A DNA stretch of 64,000 nucleotides, from NCBI GenBank assembly GCA_965205265.1, contig CBDBGH010000003.1:2112001-2176000 (forward strand), written 5' to 3'. Every line of letters begins with the position of its first letter. Position 1 is the stretch's first letter. Position numbers and translations under genes: made by a program. The notes beneath the pieces are model-generated. The model did not search any database and was not told the DNA's origin. It worked only from the letters and a program-made list of their open reading frames with translations. This DNA is from Alphaproteobacteria bacterium (GTDB lineage Bacteria > Pseudomonadota > Alphaproteobacteria > Bin95). Positions 1 to 9,059 of the stretch are shown here, piece by piece.

Positions 1-2
1 TC

Positions 3-392
3 GACCTTGCGGACGCGCTCGCTGCGCCCTTTGCCGGCGGGCTCGCGGCGCAGCGCAGCCTCGTCGAAGCCATGCTCCCGCCGGATGCCGAGGCCGGCGT
101 GCTGGCCTTCTCCGAAGGCAATGACAGGATCGCGGCGCCCGGCTACCTCGCCGACGCCGTGGCAGCCGACGAGGACAGGCTCGATATGGAGCGCGCGCGG
201 GACAGCCTGCTGGATGCCGCCATGCAGGCCGCCTCCGACCGTCCTGCCATCGCCGCCTGGCTGCTGGACGAGCCGGAGATGGGCCCCTTCGCATCCGATA
301 TCCACGCCGCGACCGGCCGGCCCGTCTATGACCGGACGCGTTTCCTCGCCTGGTTCCACGCCAGCCTTGCGCCCAGGGTGTTTCCGCGATGA
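3..392 (+). CDS. Asp/Glu racemase-like protein, 5'-truncated by window edge; diverged paralog of the next gene
   Basis: Frame open from position 3. C-terminal half (MLPP...TGRPVYD...AWFHASL) parallels the next ORF. ATGA overlap with it. Confidence 0.6.
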   Translation, partial: DLADALAAPFAGGLAAQRSLVEAMLPPDAEAGVLAFSEGNDRIAAPGYLADAVAADEDRLDMERARDSLLDAAMQAASDRPAIAAWLLDEPEMGPFASDIHAATGRPVYDRTRFLAWFHASLAPRVFPR

Positions 393-1099
393 CGGTCGCG
401 CTCGGAGGCGCGCCCATAGGCGGGGCGGCGCTCGGCATCCTCATGCTGGACGCCCGCTTTCCGCGCGTGCCGGGCGACATGGGCAATGGCGACACCTGGC
501 CTTTCCCGGTGCTCTACGAGATCGTGCGCGGCGCCACGCCGGAGCGGGTGGTGCGCCGCCGGGCCGAAGGGCTGGACGGCGACTTTCTGGACGCCGCCCG
601 GCGGCTGGTGGACCGCGGCGCCAGGGCCGTCACCACCGTTTGCGGGTTCCTGTCGCTCTTCCAGCCGGAGCTCGCCGCCCATGCCGGCGTGCCGGTCGCC
701 TCATCGACCCTGATGCAGGTGGCGGCGCTGGACCGCATGCTGCCGCCCGGAAAGCGGACGGGCGTCATCACGGTCAGCCGCGAGAGCCTGTGGGACGACC
801 ATTTCACCGCTGTCGGCGCGCCTGCCGACACGCCGGTCGAAGGCACGGAGGGCGGGCTCGAGCTCACCCGCGTGCTGATCGGCAACGAGGCCTGGCTGGA
901 CATGGCGGCAGCCGAAGCCGATGTCACCGCCGCCGCCCGCCGCCTCACGGCGCGCTGCCCGGAGGTCGGCGCCATCGTGCTCGAATGCGCCAACATGGCC
1001 CCCTACGCCGCCGCCGTCCGCCGCGAAACCGGCCTGCCGGTCCACGACATCTACAGCTTCATAACCTGGGTGCATTCCGGCTTCGCCGACACACCCTGA
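389..1099 (+). CDS. Aspartate/glutamate racemase family protein
   Basis: GILMLDARFPRVPGDMGN, TVCGF and LECANM motifs. Confidence 0.85.
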   Translation: MTVALGGAPIGGAALGILMLDARFPRVPGDMGNGDTWPFPVLYEIVRGATPERVVRRRAEGLDGDFLDAARRLVDRGARAVTTVCGFLSLFQPELAAHAGVPVASSTLMQVAALDRMLPPGKRTGVITVSRESLWDDHFTAVGAPADTPVEGTEGGLELTRVLIGNEAWLDMAAAEADVTAAARRLTARCPEVGAIVLECANMAPYAAAVRRETGLPVHDIYSFITWVHSGFADTP

Positions 1100-1112
1100 C
1101 GGCCAGCGGCTC

Positions 1113-2177
1113 CTATCCCCCGGAAATGCCCGCCACCACCCTGTCGGCGAAGGCGCGGGTGCCGAGCGGGCCGCCGAGGTCGGGCGTGCGCGTTTCGGGC
1201 GAGGCGAGCAGCGTCTCGACGGCGCGCTCCAGCACCTGCGAGGCTTCCATGAGCGTGTTGTTCTGCTCGCGCGCGCCCTTCCATGCCAGCAATTGGGCCG
1301 TCGAGAAGAGCAGCGCGCTCGGGTTGGCCTCGTCCCTGCCGGCGATGTCCGGCGCGCTGCCATGCGCAGCCTGCGCCACCGCCACCCGGTCGCCCGCATT
1401 GATCGAGCCGCCGAGGCCGAGCCCGCCCGATAGCTCCGCGGCGAGATTGGAAAGGATGTCGCCGAACATGTTGGTGCAGAGCAGCACGTCGAAGCGTTCC
1501 GGCTCCCGCACCAGCAGCGCGGCGGCCGCATCGACATGCACGTCGTCCGTCTCGACATCGGGCCATTCGGCGGCAATCTCGTAGGCGGTGCGCTCGAAGA
1601 GGCCGTCCGTGTGTTTCAGCACATTCGACTTGTGGACGATCGTGACCTTGCGCCGCCGGTCGCGCGCCGCGGCGAAGGCGGCGCGCGCGATGCGCTCCGA
1701 GCCCTTGCGGGTGATCTTGCGGACGGCGAGCCCGACATCCTCTGTCGCCATGAACTCGCCGGTGCCTGCGAACATGTTGCGGTCGGCGTAGAAGCCTTCC
1801 GTGTTCTCCCGCGCGACCAGCAGGTCCATGCCGGGCGCAAGCGCCGGCACGCCCTCGAGCGCCCGGCTCGGGCGCATGTTCGCGTAGAGCTCCAGCCGCG
1901 TGCGGACGGCGGCGCTCGGATTGACGCCGCCCTCCTCCGGCGGCGGATAGACGGCTGTATCGACCGGGCCGAGGATCGCGAGGTCGGCCGCGCGCACCGC
2001 CGCCTCTGCGGCATCCGGCCACGTCGTCCCGTCCCGCTCCAGCGCGGCGAGGCCGACGCGGCCTTCCGAAAGCTGCAATCCCAGCGCGAAGCGGGCGTCC
2101 AGCGCTTCCAGCGCGCGCCTCGCCGCCGCCGCGATCTCGGGACCGATGCCGTCGCCCGGAAGGATCAGAACCTGCAT
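1113..2177 (-). CDS. Isocitrate/isopropylmalate dehydrogenase family protein
   Basis: LPGDGIGPEI, RENTEG, NMFGDILS, HGSAPDIAG; start placed at MQVLILPG. Confidence 0.9.
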   Translation of the reverse strand: MQVLILPGDGIGPEIAAAARRALEALDARFALGLQLSEGRVGLAALERDGTTWPDAAEAAVRAADLAILGPVDTAVYPPPEEGGVNPSAAVRTRLELYANMRPSRALEGVPALAPGMDLLVARENTEGFYADRNMFAGTGEFMATEDVGLAVRKITRKGSERIARAAFAAARDRRRKVTIVHKSNVLKHTDGLFERTAYEIAAEWPDVETDDVHVDAAAALLVREPERFDVLLCTNMFGDILSNLAAELSGGLGLGGSINAGDRVAVAQAAHGSAPDIAGRDEANPSALLFSTAQLLAWKGAREQNNTLMEASQVLERAVETLLASPETRTPDLGGPLGTRAFADRVVAGISGG

Positions 2178-2265
2178 GGGAGCTTTGCCTCCTGCGCCAT
2201 TTGATTTCCCTGGCCGCCCGCCTATGTTCGCGCCCCCGTTCAGGCAAGAGAGGAGTTCCCTGCCA

Positions 2266-3564
2266 GTGTCAAGCAACCGCAGCCCGCGTCCGGAGACCAT
2301 CGTGCTCCATGCGGGCCACCGGGGCGACCCCAATACCGGTTCGGTCGCCGTCCCGATCCACCAGACCACGTCCTACCAGTTCCGGGATACCGAGCATGCC
2401 GCGAACCTGTTCGCGCTCTCCGAACTCGGCAACATCTACACCCGGATCATGAATCCGACCCAGGCCGTGTTCGAGGATCGAATGATGGCGCTGGAAGGCG
2501 GGGTTGCGGCGCTGGCGCTGGCCTCGGGCCAGGCGGCGACGGCGTTCTCGCTCCAGAACGTCGCCCATGCCGGCGACAATGTGGTGAGCTCGACCGACCT
2601 TTACGGCGGCACCTGGAACCTGTTCGCCAACACGCTGAAGGACCAGGGCATCGAGGTGCGGTTCGTCGATCCGGCGGACCCGGAGAACTTCCGCCGCGCC
2701 ATCGACGACCGGACGCGCGCCTTCTACGCCGAGACGCTGCCGAACCCGAAGCTGCATGTCTTCCCGATCAAGGAAGTTGCCGATATCGGGCGCGAATACG
2801 GCATCCCGCTCATCATGGACAACACGGCCGCGCCGCTGATCTGCCGGCCCTTCGACCACGGGGCGGCGGTCGTCATGTATTCGACGACGAAATATATCGG
2901 CGGGCACGGCACCTCCATCGGCGGACTCCTGATCGACGGCGGCAATTTCGACTGGGAGGCCTTCCCCGAACGCCAGCCCTATCTGAACCGGCCGGACCCG
3001 AGCTATCACGGCGCGGTCTGGACCGAGGCGGTCAAGCCGCTCGGCCCCATCGCCTACATCATCAAGGCCCGGACGACGCTGTTGCGCGACCTCGGCGCGG
3101 CGACCACGCCGATGAACGCCTTCCTGTTCCTGCAGGGACTGGAGACCTTGCCGCTGCGCATGGAGCGCCATAACGCCAATGCCGCGGCCGTCGCCGACTT
3201 CCTGAACGGCCACCCGAAGGTCGCAAAGACGATCTATCCGGGCCTGATGGACGGCGAGGAGCGGCGCCGCGCCGACGCCTATCTGGAGGGCGGCTACGGC
3301 GCGCTGGTGGGCTTCGAGCTCGAAGGCGGCCGCGAGGCCGGGCGGAACTTCATCGACGCGCTGGAGCTGTTCTTCCATGTCGCCAATATCGGCGATGCGC
3401 GCAGCCTCGCCATCCACCCGGCGACCACCACCCACTCGCAGCTCTCGGAGGAGGAGCAGGCGGCCACCGGCGTCACGCCCGGCTATGTGCGCCTCTCCAT
3501 CGGCCTGGAGCATATCGACGACATCCTCGCCGACCTCGACCGGGCGCTTGCCGCCGCGGGCTGA
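2266..3564 (+). CDS. metY: O-acetylhomoserine aminocarboxypropyltransferase (sulfhydrylase)
   Basis: PIHQTTSY, GNIYTRIMNPT, STTKYIGGHG, HVANIGD, HPATTTHSQL; AGGAG RBS before GTG at 2266. Confidence 0.92.
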   Translation: MSSNRSPRPETIVLHAGHRGDPNTGSVAVPIHQTTSYQFRDTEHAANLFALSELGNIYTRIMNPTQAVFEDRMMALEGGVAALALASGQAATAFSLQNVAHAGDNVVSSTDLYGGTWNLFANTLKDQGIEVRFVDPADPENFRRAIDDRTRAFYAETLPNPKLHVFPIKEVADIGREYGIPLIMDNTAAPLICRPFDHGAAVVMYSTTKYIGGHGTSIGGLLIDGGNFDWEAFPERQPYLNRPDPSYHGAVWTEAVKPLGPIAYIIKARTTLLRDLGAATTPMNAFLFLQGLETLPLRMERHNANAAAVADFLNGHPKVAKTIYPGLMDGEERRRADAYLEGGYGALVGFELEGGREAGRNFIDALELFFHVANIGDARSLAIHPATTTHSQLSEEEQAATGVTPGYVRLSIGLEHIDDILADLDRALAAAG

Positions 3565-3579
3565 GACAGCCGCAATATC

Positions 3580-3608
3580 GGGGCCGCACCCGACAAGGGC
3601 GCGGCCCC
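3580..3608. terminator. GC hairpin between convergent genes, possible terminator
   Basis: GGGGCCGCACCC-gacaa-GGGCGCGGCCCC; no clear U-tract. Confidence 0.4.
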
Positions 3609-3615
3609 TGTTGCG

Positions 3616-4443
3616 TCAAAACCCGTACATCTCGCCCGCCTTGGTGCGGGCACCGGAGTGTTCCATCAGGAAGGCGCGGAGCGCGGTGTTGAAACCGAGC
3701 GAGTCCTCGATATTGGAGAGGTGGCGCGCACGCGGCAGCACCAGCAGGTCCGCCGAGGGGATTTTGGCCGCGATCACCTCATGCGCGGAAACCGGCGTGC
3801 CGGGGTCGTTCTCGCCCACGATGGCGAGCGTCGGCACATGGATTTCGTGCAGCCGGTCGGTCAGGTCCAGCTGCGAGATGGCCGCCGCGCAGCCCTTGTA
3901 GCCGGCGAGCGGCGTCGCGCGGATCATGGCGCGCACCGCGTCCACCTCCTGCCCGTGATGCTCGCAGAATTCCGGCGAGAACCAGCGGTCGATGGTGGCC
4001 TCGACCATGGAGTCCATGCCGTTCTCCTCGGCCGCTGCAATGCGCTCCCGCCATTGCTGGCGGGCCTCGGCGTCGTAGCGGCTGGAGGTGTCGCAGAGGA
4101 TGAGCCCGCGCAGCAGGTCCGGGCGCTTGAGGGCCAGCGTCTGCGCGGTCATGCCGCCCATCGACAGCCCGCAGAACACCGTCTTCCCGATGCCCAGCTC
4201 TTCCAGCAGCGCGATGGCGTCGTCGGCCAGCATCTCCAGCGTGTAGGGCCCTTCCGGGGCCGCCGAGGCGCCGTGGCCGCGCGTGTCGTAGCGCAGCACG
4301 CAATAGTCCCGGAGCGCCGGCATCTGCGCGTCCCACATGCGGTGGTTCGCCATCAGCGAGTGCGACAGCGTCACCACCGGGCGGGTTTGCGGGCCCTCGA
4401 GGGAATAGAAGATTTCGGTGCCGTTGATATGGGCGGTCGGCAT
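3616..4443 (-). CDS. pcaD: 3-oxoadipate enol-lactonase-like alpha/beta hydrolase
   Basis: RYDTRGHGAS, GLSMGG nucleophile elbow, HLSNIE. Confidence 0.8.
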   Translation of the reverse strand: MPTAHINGTEIFYSLEGPQTRPVVTLSHSLMANHRMWDAQMPALRDYCVLRYDTRGHGASAAPEGPYTLEMLADDAIALLEELGIGKTVFCGLSMGGMTAQTLALKRPDLLRGLILCDTSSRYDAEARQQWRERIAAAEENGMDSMVEATIDRWFSPEFCEHHGQEVDAVRAMIRATPLAGYKGCAAAISQLDLTDRLHEIHVPTLAIVGENDPGTPVSAHEVIAAKIPSADLLVLPRARHLSNIEDSLGFNTALRAFLMEHSGARTKAGEMYGF

Positions 4444-4482
4444 GGTGCGCGTTCTCCTCCACGCGGAAACGGGGCGGCCGCC

Positions 4483-4857
4483 TCAGCGGCCTCCGGGAGC
4501 GGGGCCGGCCTGGTGGAGCGCCATCCGCCAGGCGCCGTCCTCCAGCACGAACCCGTTGGTTGCGACCAGCACGCCGCCGGACAGCCGCTCCACGCAGCTT
4601 ACCAGAGCGAAACCGTCATAGCACAGCGCGTTGGGCGACAGGCACACGATGGCCGGCCGCGTCGGCGCGCCCAGGATCGCGTCCCAGCTGGCGAGCACGG
4701 CTTCGCGCCCGACGATCGCCGCGCCGCCCGGATGGACGCAGACGACAGGCGCACGCCGGGCCCAGAGCCGGCGCATCGCCTCCCGGTCGCCGTCGTCGAA
4801 GGCGCGGTAGAAGGCCTCGTTCGCGGCAAGCACCTCGTCTTCGTGCATGGCCGTCAT
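4483..4857 (-). CDS. NTF2/SnoaL-like protein
   Basis: ANEAFYRAF...CVHPG...SW...ATNGF...WRMALHQA; ATGA overlap with MFS stop. Confidence 0.85.
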   Translation of the reverse strand: MTAMHEDEVLAANEAFYRAFDDGDREAMRRLWARRAPVVCVHPGGAAIVGREAVLASWDAILGAPTRPAIVCLSPNALCYDGFALVSCVERLSGGVLVATNGFVLEDGAWRMALHQAGPAPGGR

Positions 4858-6089
4858 GTCCTTCCCGGTCCGGGACGAATCGCCCGGTCGCCTGCAAGGT
4901 CCGCTGGCTTCAGGAACAGCAGGGCCAGCGGCCCGAGCGCCATCACCAGCGCTATATGCGCGAAACCGATGCCCCAGGCCAGCACGCTCTCGCCGCCCAT
5001 GAGGTCGAGGATGCCGCCCAGCACCACCGCCCCGACGAAGCCCATCCCGTAGCCGGAGAGCGCGTGGACGGCGAGGGTGGCGCCGCGCCGTTCGGGCTCC
5101 GAGGCGCCGACCGTGCCGGCGGTCAGCGCTGACGAATCCGCGTAGATCGCCATGTTGTAGAGGATGCAGAGCACCGCCGCCGCCCAGTAGCCCCAGGCCG
5201 AGATAAAGCCCGTGGCGCAGGCGAGCGCCATGCACACGCTCATGGTAAGCAACACCCAGCGCTGGCGCCCGATGCGGATCGCGAACTCGTTGCCGGCGAG
5301 GCTGCTTGCGGTACCGAGAAGCTCCATCAGCATGGCGACCACGGTGGGCGCAAGCCAGTATTCCGGCCCGAGGCCGGAGCGCATCGCCGCGAACGTCAGG
5401 AAGGCGACCGCCCAGGAGCGCACCGCGAACATCTCCCAGGTATGCACGCCGTAGCAGGCGATATAGGCCATGGCGGAGCGGTTGCGGAACACATGCCCGA
5501 AATCGGCGAGCGGATTGGTGCCGGAGGGCGTCGGCTCGCGGCGCGGGAAGAGCAGCAGCGCGACCAGGAACGCGCCTCCCGTGCCGGCGGCGCTGACCAG
5601 GAAGGCCGCCTCCCAGCCGAGCCACCGGTCGATCTCGCCCGCAAGGAAGAAGGAGAGCGAGCCGCCCGTGCCCATCGCGGCCGCGTGGAAGGCCACGCCG
5701 CGCGAGCGTATCCGCCCCTCCAGCTCGTCGCTCAGCACCCGGAGCCCGACCATGTAGGTCCCGGCCCAGCCGAATCCGGCGATCGCGCGGAAGATCATGC
5801 CCGTTGCGAAATCGTGGGCCACATAGGCCATACCCAGATGGCTGACCGTGCTGGCGAAGACGCCGATCATGTAGATGCGGCGAGCCTGGAACCGGTCCGT
5901 CGCGGTCACCAGCACCAGCACCGAAAGCGCATAGACGCCGAAGATGATGCCGGACAGCAGGCCCCCCTGGGTGTTGGTCAGCCCCCACTCGTCCCTGAGC
6001 ACCGGAAGCAGGCCGTTGAACGTGGTGGAGCCCATCTGCCCGATGAACTGGGCGAAGCAGACGGTGACGATGAGGGCGGTCGCATTCAT
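4854..6089 (-). CDS. MFS transporter
   Basis: About 12 hydrophobic segments with MFS-like loops. Confidence 0.88.
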   Translation of the reverse strand: MNATALIVTVCFAQFIGQMGSTTFNGLLPVLRDEWGLTNTQGGLLSGIIFGVYALSVLVLVTATDRFQARRIYMIGVFASTVSHLGMAYVAHDFATGMIFRAIAGFGWAGTYMVGLRVLSDELEGRIRSRGVAFHAAAMGTGGSLSFFLAGEIDRWLGWEAAFLVSAAGTGGAFLVALLLFPRREPTPSGTNPLADFGHVFRNRSAMAYIACYGVHTWEMFAVRSWAVAFLTFAAMRSGLGPEYWLAPTVVAMLMELLGTASSLAGNEFAIRIGRQRWVLLTMSVCMALACATGFISAWGYWAAAVLCILYNMAIYADSSALTAGTVGASEPERRGATLAVHALSGYGMGFVGAVVLGGILDLMGGESVLAWGIGFAHIALVMALGPLALLFLKPADLAGDRAIRPGPGRT

Positions 6090-6138
6090 CGGCGCAGAAC
6101 GCCGGGCGCTGACCGTATTGCAGCCTTCCGCAGAGCGC

Positions 6139-7749
6139 TCACGCGAGGCCCGCCTTCTCGCGCTCCCGCTGGCGCAGGTCGCGGCGGCGGATCTTGCCGG
6201 TGGCGGTCATCGGCAGCTCGCGCACGAACTCCACCGCCCGGGGATATTCATGCGCGGACAGCCGCTCGCGGACATGGGCGCGGAGCGCGGCCTCCAGCGC
6301 CTCCGTCGGCGCCTCGCCCTCGCGCAGCACCACGAACGCCTTCACGATATCGCCGCGCACCGGGTCGGGCGCGCCGACCGCCGCGGCCATGGCGACCGCC
6401 GGATGGCCCATCAGGCATTCCTCGATCTCGCCGGGGCCGATGCGGTAGCCGGCCGAGGAGATCACGTCGTCCTCGCGCCCGACGAAGCGGAAGGCGCCGT
6501 CCCCGTCCTGCACGCCGAGGTCGCCGGTCAGCAGCCACTCGCCGTTGAACTTAGCGGCCGTCGCCTCGTCGTCGCGCCAGTAGCCGAGGAACATGACCGG
6601 GTCCGGGCGGCGGACGGCGATCTCGCCCGGTTCTCCCGGAGGCAACATCTCACCGGCGCCGTCCAGCACCGCGACCTCATGGCCCGGTATCGCCCGCCCG
6701 AGCCAGCCCGGCCGGACCGGGAACAGGCTCGCGCAATTGCCCACCACGAGATTGCATTCCGTCTGCCCGTAAAATTCGTTGATGGTGAGGCCGAACACCT
6801 CGCGGCCCCAGCCGAGCAGCTCTTCGCCAAGGCTCTCGCCGCCGCTGCCGATGCTGCGCATGGCAAGCCCGGGCGTGCGCTGCGCGGCCTCCGACGCCTG
6901 GCGCATCATCTTGAGCGCCGTCGGCGGCAGGAAGGCGTTGCGCACGCCGTGGCGCGCGATGAGCGCGAACGCCTCCTCCGGGTCGAACTTGCCGGCGCGG
7001 GACGCCAGCACCGGCACGCCCGCCGCCCAGGCCGGCAGCAGCACGTCCAGCAGGCCGCCGGCCCAGGCCCAGTCGGCCGGCGTCCAGAACAGGTCCCCCG
7101 GCTGCGGGAAAAAATCCTGCGGCAAGGCCACGCCCGGCAGGTGTCCCGGCAGGACCCGGTGGCCGTGCAGCGCGCCCTTGGGCGGTCCCGTGGTGCCGGA
7201 AGTGTAGATCAGCAGCGCCGGGTCGTCGGGCCCGGTATCGACCGCCTCGAAACGGTCCGAGGCCCGCTCCAGCACCTCCCAGAAATCCTCTGCAATCACC
7301 GTCGAGAGCGCCGGCAGGTCGAGCGCGGCAACCTTCCCGCGGCCTTCTGCGTCGGTGATGAGCGCCTTCGCGCCGGAATGGCCGAGCCGGTAGGCCAGCG
7401 CCTCCTCGCCGAACAGTGTGAAGAGCGGCAGCGCGACCGCGCCGAGCTTGTAAGCGGCCAGATGGGCAAGCCCGGTCTCGACGCCCTGCCCCAGCAGCAC
7501 CGCCACCCGGTCGCCCCGCCCGACGCCTGCGGCGGCGAGCGCATTGGCAAGCCGGTTGGAGAGGCGGGAGAGCTCCCGGAACGACCAGAGGCGGGGCTCG
7601 CCGCCTGCCGGGTCCGGGCAGATCATCGCCGGGCGGCGGCTGCCGACATGCCGTTCGCAGGCATGTTCGGCGATGTTGTAGCGGGCCGGCACCTGCCAGC
7701 GGAACGCTGCCCGGACCGCCTCCCAGCTCTCGCGGCGCTCGACGATCAT
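6139..7749 (-). CDS. AMP-forming acyl-CoA synthetase
   Basis: YTSGTTGPPKG, YGQTE, TGD, GREDD, TATGKI. Confidence 0.92.
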   Translation of the reverse strand: MIVERRESWEAVRAAFRWQVPARYNIAEHACERHVGSRRPAMICPDPAGGEPRLWSFRELSRLSNRLANALAAAGVGRGDRVAVLLGQGVETGLAHLAAYKLGAVALPLFTLFGEEALAYRLGHSGAKALITDAEGRGKVAALDLPALSTVIAEDFWEVLERASDRFEAVDTGPDDPALLIYTSGTTGPPKGALHGHRVLPGHLPGVALPQDFFPQPGDLFWTPADWAWAGGLLDVLLPAWAAGVPVLASRAGKFDPEEAFALIARHGVRNAFLPPTALKMMRQASEAAQRTPGLAMRSIGSGGESLGEELLGWGREVFGLTINEFYGQTECNLVVGNCASLFPVRPGWLGRAIPGHEVAVLDGAGEMLPPGEPGEIAVRRPDPVMFLGYWRDDEATAAKFNGEWLLTGDLGVQDGDGAFRFVGREDDVISSAGYRIGPGEIEECLMGHPAVAMAAAVGAPDPVRGDIVKAFVVLREGEAPTEALEAALRAHVRERLSAHEYPRAVEFVRELPMTATGKIRRRDLRQREREKAGLA

Positions 7750-8543
7750 GACCGCGCGGGCTCCAGGTCGAAACGCAGGATTTCGCCCTCGAACTCCGGC
7801 CCGGCCGCCGGGAAGCGCCGCACGAGCTCCGGGTCGTGGCCGGGGATCAGGTGGTCGCGGGAGAGCATGCGCGCGCCGAGCGTCCGGTAGCCCTCGAACA
7901 TCTCGCGCAGGTCGTAGAAGACGCGGAAGGGCCGCGCCCGCTCCATCTCCTCATAGAGATGCACGGCGTCCGAGGCGACGATCACCGGCCCGCGCCGCGT
8001 TTTCACCTCCAGCGCGATCTGGCCGCGCGAATGGCCGCCGACCAGGATCTGCGAGAGGCCGGGCGCAAGCGCGCCGCCGCCGTCATGGAACCGCACGCGC
8101 CCGTCATAGTTCAGCCCGACGAGGGTCAGCGTGTTGCGCTTGCCGTACATCTTGAGCGCCGGATGGGTCACGTCCCGGCCGGTGACGGTCAGCATCTCGC
8201 GGTCCTGGATATGGAACATGGCCTGCGGGAAGGCTTCGAGGTTGCCGACATGGTCGTAATGGCAATGGGTGACGATGACATCGGACACGGTGGCCGGGTC
8301 GATGCCGAGCCGGCGCAGGCCGTCGGCCGGGTCGTAGAGCGTGTCGTGGCCGAGCCGGTCGCCGACGCGCACCGCATAGCCGCAATCGACCACCCAGACC
8401 CGCCCGCCGCCGCGTATGACCCAGAAATAGAAGTCGAGGCCGGGCGCCTGCACCGCCGGGTCGCCGTCCAGATACATCTCGCTTTCCGGGCGGAAGTCCT
8501 CGCGCCCGTAGCGCAGGCCGTAAATCTCGTAGTCCGGAATCAT
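7746..8543 (-). CDS. Metallo-beta-lactamase fold protein (N-acyl-homoserine lactonase family)
   Basis: THCHYDHVG, GGHSRG, SDAVH, PGHD; RBS GGAGGG upstream. Confidence 0.85.
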   Translation of the reverse strand: MIPDYEIYGLRYGREDFRPESEMYLDGDPAVQAPGLDFYFWVIRGGGRVWVVDCGYAVRVGDRLGHDTLYDPADGLRRLGIDPATVSDVIVTHCHYDHVGNLEAFPQAMFHIQDREMLTVTGRDVTHPALKMYGKRNTLTLVGLNYDGRVRFHDGGGALAPGLSQILVGGHSRGQIALEVKTRRGPVIVASDAVHLYEEMERARPFRVFYDLREMFEGYRTLGARMLSRDHLIPGHDPELVRRFPAAGPEFEGEILRFDLEPARS

Positions 8544-8552
8544 GCGAGCCCC

Positions 8553-8618
8553 TCCCTCCCGCCAGCATAGCGCGCCCCGGGCACGAGGCGTATAAGCCGC
8601 CGGCGCGAAAGGAGGGGG
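8553..8618. repeat. Promoter-like intergenic repeat, copy 1 of 3
   Basis: CCGCCAGCATAGCGCGC..GGGC..GGCGTATAAGCCGCCGGCGCGAAAGGAGGGGG; recurs at 11474 and, in part, at 12811. Confidence 0.85.
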
Positions 8619-9059
8619 ACGCGCTATGGTTAGGATCGTCTGCTGGAATATCGCCAAAAGGAAGAAGCCTTGGACGTGTTTGAAGGAGATGGCGGAGCAG
8701 GAAGAGGCAGATGTCGCGCTCTTGCAGGAGGCGGGAAAACCGCCCGGCGAGCTCTCGCAGTTCTTCCGCTATGAGAACGATATTTTCTGGGACCGGTCCC
8801 TCCGCGACCCTCGGTCCCTGGTGGTGCCGCTGTCGGACCGGGTAGAGGTCGAATTGTTCCGGCAGGTGCCGCCGAGCATCGGAAAAGCCAAGGCGGACGA
8901 AATCGGCGTCAGCGGCGTCGGAACGATAAGCGCCGCCAGAGTGATCCCGCGCGACCGGCCGGAAGAAGTGTTCATCGCCATATCCATGTATGCGAGCTGG
9001 ATGTCCGTTAGTCCTCTCGCAACACAGGGGAGCATCGCATCGGATGTCTCGGCGCACCG

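Noticed and set aside
2178-2265. SAM riboswitch before metY (or a cobalamin riboswitch before metH)
   Set aside because: The intergenic regions are short and I could not find the consensus motifs
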